64,000 bases of DNA. Origin: Sphingobacteriia bacterium (GTDB lineage Bacteria; Bacteroidota; Bacteroidia; NS11-12g; UBA955). Location of the stretch: assembly GCA_021151535.1 (NCBI GenBank), contig JAGKXC010000004.1, forward strand, positions 25,513 through 89,512. The letters are read 5' to 3'. The notes below the pieces were generated by a model. That model saw nothing but the letters and a program-made list of their open reading frames with translations. It made no database searches and was not told where the DNA came from. A program made the position numbers and the translations under genes. This document shows positions 10,098 through 18,184 of this stretch, in pieces. How positions within the stretch are numbered: the stretch's first letter is position 1; each line of letters begins with the position of its first letter.

Positions 10098-10759
10098 TAC
10101 TTCTCTTTAATTGCGGGGTTAGCATGCGAAATATATTTCGCTTTTTTCACTTCCACCGACTTCAATTTCTTGAGGCTTTCGTAAGGGCCTTCGGAGATAA
10201 ACATATTCAAAATCCACGCTGGAACTGCCCCTCCTGGATCCGTTTTCAAGAAATAAGTACAATTCACTTTGTTTTTGGCGATGGGGGTAATTTCCCAGCT
10301 TCCTGTATTGGTTCTCACCCTTACCAAACCTGCAACAATACCTTTTAACGATGGCTCGGCATGCGAATGCACGGTGGTGAAAAACGTTTTGGGATCTTGT
10401 GCAACTTTCACTTTAAGGCAAACATCGCGATTATCCAACGGCCACGGAGTTTTCACAATCTGATACATAGTAAATTCCGTGTTGGAGATCTTGGAAAGCG
10501 TTTGCGAATGCGAAGTTGAATAAATCCAATTTTTATAGTTCTCGTAATCGGTTAGAACACCAACGAGTGTGCTAATAGAACAATCGAGAGTAAGGGTAGC
10601 TTTGATTTCCTTGAATGGCGACCCTTCCGACATGCGGGTGTAAACCATGATTCCGTCGGCGGCTTTGGCTTGCGTCCATTGAGGCGTAACATTCGGCGTA
10701 AACGAATACCCGAACACGCACAAAATGGCAATTGCGAAGGTAGAAATGGAGGTTTTCAT
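10094..10759 (-). CDS. Secreted START/SRPBCC lipid-binding-domain protein
   Basis: Signal peptide, then DGIMVYTRMSEGSPFKEIKATLTLD...YENYKNWIY, typical of bacterial START-like domains. Confidence 0.55.
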   Translation of the reverse strand: MKTSISTFAIAILCVFGYSFTPNVTPQWTQAKAADGIMVYTRMSEGSPFKEIKATLTLDCSISTLVGVLTDYENYKNWIYSTSHSQTLSKISNTEFTMYQIVKTPWPLDNRDVCLKVKVAQDPKTFFTTVHSHAEPSLKGIVAGLVRVRTNTGSWEITPIAKNKVNCTYFLKTDPGGAVPAWILNMFISEGPYESLKKLKSVEVKKAKYISHANPAIKEKY

Positions 10760-10950
10760 AACTAAAATTGGGGTGATAGTGGGAAAACGAATTTTGGAGT
10801 TAGGATTAAATACATTTCGAATTTATGATTTCGGGCGATAAATTCAAAATTTAAAGCGGCTTAGTGATTGAAAATGAGGCTGTTTTCAAAAACAATGACA
10901 ATTTAATTCATTGGCGAAGGTTGAACAAAGGAAATTTCGTGCAATAATAT

Positions 10951-10958
10951 TATATTTG
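10951..10958 (+). promoter_or_regulatory. Candidate Bacteroidota -7 promoter element (TATATTTG = TAnnTTTG)
   Basis: Exact match to the TAnnTTTG consensus, 14 nt upstream of the tRNA 5' end. Confidence 0.45.
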
Positions 10959-10971
10959 CAATTCTAAAAAC

Positions 10972-11045
10972 GGGCCTATAGCTCAGTCGGTTAGAGCACC
11001 TGACTCATAATCAGGTGGTCCCTGGTTCGAGCCCAGGTGGGCCCA
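10972..11045 (+). tRNA. tRNA with CAT anticodon (elongator Met, or Ile2 if lysidine-modified)
   Basis: Manual cloverleaf. Acceptor GGGCCTA/TGGGCCC, anticodon stem CCTGA/TCAGG with loop CTCATAA (CAT at 11006..11008), T-arm CCTGG-TTCGAGC-CCAGG. No encoded CCA. Confidence 0.9.
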
Positions 11046-11050
11046 CTGAA

Positions 11051-11079
11051 AAGCCTCTCAGCAATGAGGGGCTTTTTTT
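11051..11079 (+). terminator. Rho-independent terminator after the tRNA
   Basis: AAGCCTCTCA-GCAA-TGAGGGGCTT hairpin (one G-U pair) followed by a T-run. Confidence 0.7.
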
Positions 11080-11134
11080 GTTGTGGCAACTCATTCAATT
11101 CATGCTATTTTTGTGGTAATTCAACCAAGTTCCC

Positions 11135-12445
11135 ATGAATCGCACGGCTAAAATATTATTCCTATTCTTTGGTTTAGTTTCATATTTCTCATATGACGTA
11201 AACGCTCAAATAAAGGCTATTACATTTAATATTCGGTATGATAACCCCGGAGATTCATTGAACAACTGGAAAAACCGAAAACTACCCCTCTCCGATTTCT
11301 TAAACAAGGAAGCTGCTGATTTCCTAGGACTTCAAGAGGTATTGCACCACCAATTGATGGATTTGGATTCTTTGCTTAACACCAAACAAAAAACCTATTC
11401 TTGGGTAGGTGTAGGACGTGATGATGGAAATGAAAGGGGTGAATACTCTCCCATTTTTTACAATGTTACAAAGTACCAACTTATCGGCTGGGAAACGCGC
11501 TGGCTGTCGGAAACACCATTCAACCCTTCCAAAAGTTGGGATGCCGCCTTGCCACGTATCGCCACTATCGCCAAATTTCAAGATATCCAATCAAAGAAAC
11601 AGTACGTTGTGATTAACACCCATTTCGACCATATGGGCACTGTTGCGCGACTAAATAGCGCAAAATTGATTGCTTCTTGGGTTGACACCTTGATGCAGAA
11701 CGATGAGAAAATTCTTTTATTGGGCGATTTTAATGCTAATTTGAAATCAGATCCCATTCAACAAATACTAAAAACAACAAAACTAAAAGTTGTAAATACC
11801 CGCTTCCAACCCAATACCAACGGCACTTTTAATGGATTTTCGGATAAACCAGGTCCTGAAATCGACTTTATTTTTTACAGCGATAATTTTACAATCACTT
11901 CCACCTATGTGGATCGCACAAAACGTGAAAATGGATTGTATTTATCTGACCACTTTCCTGTTATCGCCAATTTTCAAGAACAAACGCGGCAAAAAATTAA
12001 TGTTTCCCTTTGCACGCCAGCTTCATTTTTGGTGCAAAAATTTAGATCACAAGTTGAATTCAATGTTTCAAAAAGGCAAAGTATCGGCATCAATTACACG
12101 CACTTAAATGCCTTATGGATTACAAATACTGTAGGCCTTGAATACAGGATTTATTCATCGATTAGAACAAAATCAAAGTTTGGATTTTACGGAAATTTAA
12201 GCGCTGGTGGCGGAACAACGATAAGTAACAACAGAGGTAGTTTCAATGCTATTTCTGCTGGAATCGTGAATCAGTTTTACTTCGGTCAAAAACAATCTGT
12301 TTTTATTGATTTACAATTGGGTGGAAGAGCTGCTAAAATGTTTTCTGGCGATTTAGAAGCAAATGGTGGATTTGGTGGATTATTGTATGTGGCAGGTCCA
12401 CTCAGTGTATTAGACTTTCGGGTTAACTTAGGTATTCGTTTTTAA
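11135..12445 (+). CDS. Endonuclease/exonuclease/phosphatase (EEP) family protein with a C-terminal beta-barrel-like extension
   Basis: Signal peptide. EEP motifs (ITFNIRYD, LGLQEV, NTHFDH, LLGDFN, SDHFPV). About 150 extra C-terminal residues ending NLGIRF. Confidence 0.75.
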   Translation: MNRTAKILFLFFGLVSYFSYDVNAQIKAITFNIRYDNPGDSLNNWKNRKLPLSDFLNKEAADFLGLQEVLHHQLMDLDSLLNTKQKTYSWVGVGRDDGNERGEYSPIFYNVTKYQLIGWETRWLSETPFNPSKSWDAALPRIATIAKFQDIQSKKQYVVINTHFDHMGTVARLNSAKLIASWVDTLMQNDEKILLLGDFNANLKSDPIQQILKTTKLKVVNTRFQPNTNGTFNGFSDKPGPEIDFIFYSDNFTITSTYVDRTKRENGLYLSDHFPVIANFQEQTRQKINVSLCTPASFLVQKFRSQVEFNVSKRQSIGINYTHLNALWITNTVGLEYRIYSSIRTKSKFGFYGNLSAGGGTTISNNRGSFNAISAGIVNQFYFGQKQSVFIDLQLGGRAAKMFSGDLEANGGFGGLLYVAGPLSVLDFRVNLGIRF

Positions 12446-12455
12446 TCTTTTGAAG

Positions 12456-12824
12456 ATGCGCTTACCGCAAGAAATGATTGTGTTATATGACGGCGAATGT
12501 GTATTGTGCAATTTTTGGATTTCGAAGATCAAGAATAATCCAAATGCTTCATGTTTTCAAACGATTAGTTTGGAACAATGGAAGAAAAACAATGAGCAAA
12601 ACGCTTCAATTTATGGACTTGAATTACCCGATTCGGTAGTTTTGATTTACAACAATCAAATTTTCACTGAATCTGATGCGGTTTTGAAGATTGTGAGCAA
12701 TCTGGCTGGCCCCATGCGTTTATTGCTCATTGGCTATTTAATACCAAGGTTTATTCGCAACCTGATTTACCGATGGGTAGCAAAAAACCGTTATAGGTGG
12801 TTTGGAAGTAAGAATGCTTGTTGA
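12456..12824 (+). CDS. Thiol-disulfide oxidoreductase DCC-family protein (DUF393)
   Basis: LYDGECVLCNFW, the CxxC motif characteristic of the DCC family. ATG at 12456 preferred to TTG at 12450. Confidence 0.7.
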   Translation: MRLPQEMIVLYDGECVLCNFWISKIKNNPNASCFQTISLEQWKKNNEQNASIYGLELPDSVVLIYNNQIFTESDAVLKIVSNLAGPMRLLLIGYLIPRFIRNLIYRWVAKNRYRWFGSKNAC

Positions 12825-12834
12825 AAGGGAATAA

Positions 12835-12861
12835 AAAAGCCCTTCTAATGATGGGCTTTTT
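12835..12861. terminator. Bidirectional rho-independent terminator between convergent genes
   Basis: AAAAGCCC-(10 nt loop)-GGGCTTTT, with an A-run on one side and a T-run on the other. Confidence 0.65.
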
Positions 12862-12877
12862 ACTAAAATTATTTGAT

Positions 12878-13342
12878 TTACGCGCCTAATGCGGCATTAA
12901 TATTCTCAAAACTTGGTAACTCACCGGCATTCTCTAGAACCTCAGCATAAAGAATTTTTCCTTCTTCATCAATTACAAATGCAGCTCTTTTAGAAACTCC
13001 TTTCAAGCCCAAAATCCAATCTTCATAAATTGAACCATAGGCACGAGAAACCTCTTTGTTAAAATCAGAAAGCAAGGTAAAATTCAATTTTTGATCTTCT
13101 TTGAATTTAGCCAAGGTAAATGGCAAATCAACTGAAACTGCCAATACGGTTGCCGCTTCGTTTTCATACATGTGAATAGCATCTCTTACTGTACACAATT
13201 GGGTTGTACAAACGCCAGTAAATGCTGCTGGAAAGAAATGAAGAATCACTTTCTTTCCGCGAAAACTATTCAAAGAAACGGGTTTTGTTTCTGAGCTGAT
13301 CAATGTAAAATCAGGTGCAATATCTCCTACTTTAAGTGTCAT
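12878..13342 (-). CDS. Peroxiredoxin (AhpC/TSA family, BCP/PrxQ-like)
   Basis: FFPAAFTGVCTTQLC peroxidatic/resolving Cys motif. Start taken at MTLKVGDIAPDF. Confidence 0.8.
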   Translation of the reverse strand: MTLKVGDIAPDFTLISSETKPVSLNSFRGKKVILHFFPAAFTGVCTTQLCTVRDAIHMYENEAATVLAVSVDLPFTLAKFKEDQKLNFTLLSDFNKEVSRAYGSIYEDWILGLKGVSKRAAFVIDEEGKILYAEVLENAGELPSFENINAALGA

Positions 13343-13397
13343 AGATGCAAAATTAACAATCAATTTTCCATTTTGATTTTAATATTCCAAAAGAAAA

Positions 13398-13751
13398 TCA
13401 GCGTAAAATTTTCTCCATCTTACGGCCTTTGGCCAATTCATCAACCAATTTATCCAAATACCTAACCTTTTGGGTGAGTGGATTTTCTAAATCCTCTACC
13501 CTATATCCGCAAATAACACCCGTTATTAAATGGGCATTTGCAGGTAATATGGCCGATTCGAAGAATGTCGTAAAGCTTTCACCGGTACCCGCCCTACGAG
13601 CAATTTCTTCTTCTGAATATCCCGTAAGCCATTGAATTACTTGAATTAACTCCTGCTCAGTCCTACCCTTTTTCTCTACCTTATTCAAGTACAAAGGATA
13701 AACAGAACCAAATTTCATTCTGGCGATTTTTTCATCATGTGAATTTCCCAT
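13398..13751 (-). CDS. DUF2200-family protein
   Basis: ARMKFGSVYPLYLNKVEKKGRTEQEL... resembles the conserved DUF2200 N-terminus as I recall it. Function unknown. Confidence 0.5.
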   Translation of the reverse strand: MGNSHDEKIARMKFGSVYPLYLNKVEKKGRTEQELIQVIQWLTGYSEEEIARRAGTGESFTTFFESAILPANAHLITGVICGYRVEDLENPLTQKVRYLDKLVDELAKGRKMEKILR

Positions 13752-13881
13752 TTTTTACTTCAATTATCAACAAAACAACGATGGTTAGATTTCAAAAATA
13801 CGCTTTTAATATCGACAATTTCCCCGCAAATACAACACTTATGAATAATGCCCAATTCTCGAAACCCCTTTATTTTACCTT

Positions 13882-13889
13882 TAACTTTG
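13882..13889 (+). promoter_or_regulatory. Candidate -7 promoter element (TAACTTTG)
   Basis: Exact TAnnTTTG match, 16 nt upstream of the ATG at 13906. Confidence 0.35.
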
Positions 13890-13905
13890 AATCACACATA
13901 ACTAT

Positions 13906-15840
13906 ATGAAGTTTTCTACTTTCAATTCATTTAAACAACACACAATCAGTTTATTGCTTTTAATTTTCTGTATCGGAACACTATCTGCTCAAGAAGTTCC
14001 CGATATTTTATATTATAGATTCGACCAACCTGGTAAAAAAGTAATCAACTATGCAACCAACAAACCTACAGGAACAGATACTGCAACTATTATGGGTAAT
14101 ATAAGCATTGGCGATACAGGTATTTGCGGAAAAGCCTTAGTAGGATCAGGAAATTCAGCGAGTACGGATTACCTAAACACCAATTGGACAACAAAGCTAT
14201 CTGGGTCTTGGACCATCGCATTTTGGTGTAAAAAAATCACTTCATCATCAACCTTATTTTACATTTTTGGAGATCCAACCGCAAATAGTTTTAGATGCTT
14301 CACCAATGGTGTAGCCGGTGCTAACAATTGGATTTTAAGGGGAGCTATGAGCGATGTTTATTTAAATGGTGGTGCTACCAGTGCGCCCAATCACATTGCA
14401 TTTGTGTACAACGATTCCACTAAGGTTGTCTATGCCTATTTAAATGGCACATTGGTAAATTCAGTTAATCAAACGAACTCCCTTGCCCTGAATGGCTCAG
14501 GGCCCTTTAAAGTAATGGGATACGGCTCAAACGTTGGATCGCCAGCTGGCGGTTTGATTGACAATTTTATGGTTTTCTCAAAGGCCCTTTCAACAAAGCA
14601 AGTAGGCGAATTAACTAGCGGAAAAACACTTAGCAAAACGGACATCACAGCCTGTAATTCATTCCTTAGCGCTTCAAAAAAATACAAATACACCAAATCT
14701 GGAACCTACCTAGATACTATTGTAGGATTCCTCGGATGTGATAGTATCATCCAATACAACCTTACTATTTTACAAAGCACTTCAAACTCTATTACCGTTA
14801 CGGAATGCAATCAATACACTTCCCCATCAAAAAAGTACACTTGGTTAAAATCTGGAAACTATAGCGATACATTGATTAATTCACAAGGTTGTGATAGTAT
14901 TATTTCAATCAATTTAACAATCAATTATCCTACGTTTTCAAAGGTTGATATAAGTAGTTGTTCTCAATACATTAGCCCTACCCAAAAGTATTATTATTCA
15001 TCTGGCAACTACACAGATACACTTAAAAACTACTTGGGTTGTGATAGTTTTATTTACACCAACCTCACTATCCACCAAACTTCAGAAACTTATCTAACCG
15101 TTAAAGCGTGTGGTTCTTATATATCGCCAAGAAAAAATGAGATTACAACATCTGGCGATTACGTGGAAATATTGGAAAGCATCCATGGTTGTGATAGCGT
15201 TATCTATATAAAGCTGACAATTCTTCCAATTTCTGTATTCAAGTCCACTGTTGCGAGATGTAATTTTTACGTTTCTGCAACTGGAAAAACCTATACATCA
15301 AGCGGCAAGTATTTCGATACCCTAACAAATTTCCTCGGCTGTGATAGTATCATCGAAACTGAACTTACAATTGACACCATCGATTTATCTGTTAATTATT
15401 CAGATTATGTTTTAACCGCCAACCAAGCGAACGCTCGTTACCAATGGCTCGATTGCAACAAAAATTTCTCTATATTAAACAATGATACCAATCAAGTTTA
15501 TTCGCCTAGTGTTAATGGCAGCTACGCAGTTGAAGTTTCTAAAAATTCATGTCGCGACACATCCGATTGTATCGTCATTGAAGGAATGAACGCACGCAGT
15601 TTCAACAAACAAACGTTGAATATTTACCCAAATCCAAGTACTGGAATTTACAAATTAACTTCTGAAACCAACAATATTGGCAAAATATCAATCACTGACT
15701 TGCAAGGTAAAACGATCGCATCCTATGATATTAATGCAAAGAACTTTGATATAGATTTAACCAATTCTGCACCGGGAATTTATTTATTGAATATCGAACA
15801 ACCCAATAATCATATCACTATTAAAATGATTAAGCAGTAA
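13906..15840 (+). CDS. T9SS type-A C-terminal-domain secreted protein (LamG-like N-domain plus five Cys-containing repeats)
   Basis: Signal peptide. LamG/concanavalin-like region. Five repeats each ending GCDS[IFV]I..LTI. C-terminal LNIYPNPSTGIYKL...GIYLLNIEQ...IKMIKQ (Por_Secre_tail type). Confidence 0.8.
   Translation: MKFSTFNSFKQHTISLLLLIFCIGTLSAQEVPDILYYRFDQPGKKVINYATNKPTGTDTATIMGNISIGDTGICGKALVGSGNSASTDYLNTNWTTKLSGSWTIAFWCKKITSSSTLFYIFGDPTANSFRCFTNGVAGANNWILRGAMSDVYLNGGATSAPNHIAFVYNDSTKVVYAYLNGTLVNSVNQTNSLALNGSGPFKVMGYGSNVGSPAGGLIDNFMVFSKALSTKQVGELTSGKTLSKTDITACNSFLSASKKYKYTKSGTYLDTIVGFLGCDSIIQYNLTILQSTSNSITVTECNQYTSPSKKYTWLKSGNYSDTLINSQGCDSIISINLTINYPTFSKVDISSCSQYISPTQKYYYSSGNYTDTLKNYLGCDSFIYTNLTIHQTSETYLTVKACGSYISPRKNEITTSGDYVEILESIHGCDSVIYIKLTILPISVFKSTVARCNFYVSATGKTYTSSGKYFDTLTNFLGCDSIIETELTIDTIDLSVNYSDYVLTANQANARYQWLDCNKNFSILNNDTNQVYSPSVNGSYAVEVSKNSCRDTSDCIVIEGMNARSFNKQTLNIYPNPSTGIYKLTSETNNIGKISITDLQGKTIASYDINAKNFDIDLTNSAPGIYLLNIEQPNNHITIKMIKQ
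14641..15400 (+). repeat. Five tandem ~152-nt (~51-aa) coding repeats
   Basis: GG(A/T/C)TGTGATAG recurs near 14735, 14887, 15040, 15187 and 15339. Protein consensus C-x2-Y-x-S-x3-Y-x3-SG-x-Y-x-DT-x5-GCDS-x-I-x3-LTI. Confidence 0.8.
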
Positions 15841-15853
15841 TCAATTGAGTAAT

Positions 15854-15889
15854 AAAAAAAGGGCTGTAGAAATCTACAGCCCTTTTTTT
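15854..15889. terminator. Bidirectional rho-independent terminator
   Basis: AAAAAAA-GGGCTGTAG-AAAT-CTACAGCCC-TTTTTTT. Confidence 0.8.
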
Positions 15890-15905
15890 ATGGATTACAC
15901 TCAAA

Positions 15906-17493
15906 TTACTTGGTTGAATTTGCCATTAACAACGCTTTCAATTCTTCAATCTGTTTGATTTGAAGCGCATTTTGAGATTTAATCACATCAAGATCAGATT
16001 CATGGGCTTGAACCGCCAAGATTTCAATCGCCGTAAAAGATTGATAACTCAATGATTTTGTTTGAATTTCATCTGATGCCGTTAATACCATTTCTGGGAA
16101 TAGTAGCTCAACCTCTTGTGCAATAAATCCGTATTCTACCGTACGATTGGGTCTGATTTCAGCTTTCCATTCGTAAGAAACAGGTCGTAATTGGTAAAAC
16201 TTTTCTAAAACCTTTTTATCCAATGTGGTAATCGTATTTTTCAATCGGCGATCGGAACGTTGGGTCATTCCGTTATAATAAATACCCGCCACGCTTAAAT
16301 CCCAAATGGCCATACTACCGCCCCAACCTGTGGGCCAATCTGTTCTGATATTACCGCTTTCATCGGTAATTCTCACCCTATTTTGACCGTTAAATGCCAT
16401 CGCGATAATTCCGTTGGAAGTTCCACTAATGAAATTCCATTTTGAATTAATCTCGAAAAAATCGGTTGAATTGTTAATACCTACACTATAACCTCTAATG
16501 CCGTACAAATCAATAGACATATAGGGATTTCCACTTCCATTACCGGAAGTTCTTACAGACATAATTGAATGTGCTGCACTATTGCTGTTTGAGTTATTCA
16601 TCAACATAAATGTTGGAACATCATTAGACAATGGTGAATTCGAAGCACCATAGGTATTGGCATTTGAAACATGCAACCTTGCAGTTGGTGAAGAAACTCC
16701 GCCTACACCCACTTTTCCTCCTAACACAATTACACCAGTGCCAGATGGAGTAATACTCACATTTTGATTTGATCCACCAGCGGTATAGTTTAAAGCTGAA
16801 GTTCCTGTAATTGAACCCGTAGAAGTTCCTGTGCCACCGTTAGCCAAAGGAACGGTTGACAATGAAATGGTAGGCGTAGTGGATGCATTGGTTACGGATA
16901 AACCGGAGCCAACATTTATCGTAGACACTGTTCCGAAATTCCCGGTAGTTGGCGCCCATGATGTGCCATTGTATTTCAAATACTGACCGCTTGTTGCGCT
17001 CATTGAGTTCAATTTTGCTGCAGTTACTGCACCATCAGCAATTGGGTTGTTGCCACACCGCTGGTTGCCAAAGTAATGGTATTGGCAGAATTGCTCAATC
17101 CCGTAGAAAACGTATAAGTTGTACTGCTATTAAATTGGCTCCAACCAGAACCATTATACACATAACCATTAGAGGGAACAGTAGCAAAAACAGTATCACG
17201 ATTGGTAGGCGAAGCAAATGACCAAGAACTTCCGCTGTAGGTTGCAATTTGATCTTTGCTACCTACGCCCCAAGCAGCAGATTGAATATATCTACTTCCT
17301 GTTGAGGACTGCTTATTGCATTCTTATCACTGGCTGTCATTCTAGGTGGTAAGAACCCTTTCGAAGTACTGCTAATTTCTAATTTTGCTGACGAAGCTGG
17401 GTTTGTAGTACCGATACCAATTTGAGACCAAAGATTTTGGCTGCATAGAAGAGTAGCTGAAATAACGATTTGTTTAACAATCCTAATTGACAT
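15906..17493 (-). pseudogene. Tail-fibre-like surface protein with C-terminal intramolecular-chaperone (Peptidase S74-type) domain, interrupted by two frameshifts
   Basis: Three consecutive minus-strand frames read as one protein. Part 1 is the signal peptide plus IGIGTTNPASSAKLEISS..LPPRMT (17263..17493). Part 2 is GSRYIQSAAWGVG...TLATSGVATTQ. Part 3 is IADGAVTAAKLNSMSATSGQ... ending SDRRLKN...YGFIAQEVELLFPEMV (15906..17012). Confidence 0.7.
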
Positions 17494-17645
17494 GAGTTTG
17501 CTTGAAGGAATTAAACACAAAAATACCAACTATTGAGGATTTAAATACCTACGATAACCTCACAAATACCAATTTGTTATTAGATATAAAATTCACAGTT
17601 GAGGATTCCCTTTAAAAAATATCATATTTGCACAAAGTCAATTAA

Positions 17646-18176
17646 ATGAATCCCTTAAAATTCATATTCAAAACAATGCTGTTGTTTTCTGTATTCCAAG
17701 TTGCATCAGCGCAAAAGAAATCCCAAACAATCATTCTAAGTGACACTCTTTTTATCAAAGGAGCCATTAAAAACCCGAAATTTTATACGCTGAAAGATTT
17801 GGATACATTGAAGAGTTCCTCTATACCCAATCAATTGATATACAACCACAATGGGGAGATCAAAGATTCCCTAAAAGACATACGCGGAGTGAAATTGATT
17901 GATCTTTTAAAACCAATTCAGTTTGAATACCAAAAACCTAGGGAATTGAATGAATTCTTTTTTGTGCTCACTGCAACAGATGGTTATCGTGTTGTATTCA
18001 GTTGGAATGAAATTTACAACACTGAATTGGGGAACGCCTATTTTGTAATTACTGAATGTAATGGCGATAGAATTCAGCAAATGAAAAATAGAATATTATT
18101 CATTTCTACGCATGACATCAAGCCCAGTCGCAGGCATATTAAATCATTAAAAACGATAGAGGTTAAGCGGTTGTAA
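17646..18176 (+). CDS. Small secreted protein, possibly molybdopterin-oxidoreductase-fold-like; otherwise hypothetical
   Basis: Signal peptide ending ASAQ. Only weak resemblance (TLKDL...IRGVKLIDLL...TATDGYRVVFSWNEI) to small oxidoreductase molybdopterin-binding-domain proteins. Confidence 0.35.
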   Translation: MNPLKFIFKTMLLFSVFQVASAQKKSQTIILSDTLFIKGAIKNPKFYTLKDLDTLKSSSIPNQLIYNHNGEIKDSLKDIRGVKLIDLLKPIQFEYQKPRELNEFFFVLTATDGYRVVFSWNEIYNTELGNAYFVITECNGDRIQQMKNRILFISTHDIKPSRRHIKSLKTIEVKRL

Positions 18177-18184
18177 GGAATTGC

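Noticed and set aside
10972-11045. Initiator tRNA-fMet identity for the CAT tRNA.
   Set aside because: The anticodon stem is CCTGA/TCAGG, without the three consecutive G-C pairs, and position 1-72 is a normal G-C pair. It is therefore an elongator type. Met versus lysidine-modified Ile2 cannot be decided from sequence by eye.
16949-17221. 90-aa plus-strand ORF in the gap between the two minus-strand tail-fibre ORFs.
   Set aside because: The minus strand of the same interval translates into a protein-like segment (GSRYIQSAAWGVG...TLATSGVATTQ) that bridges the two flanking ORFs. The plus-strand ORF is an artefact of the frameshifted gene.
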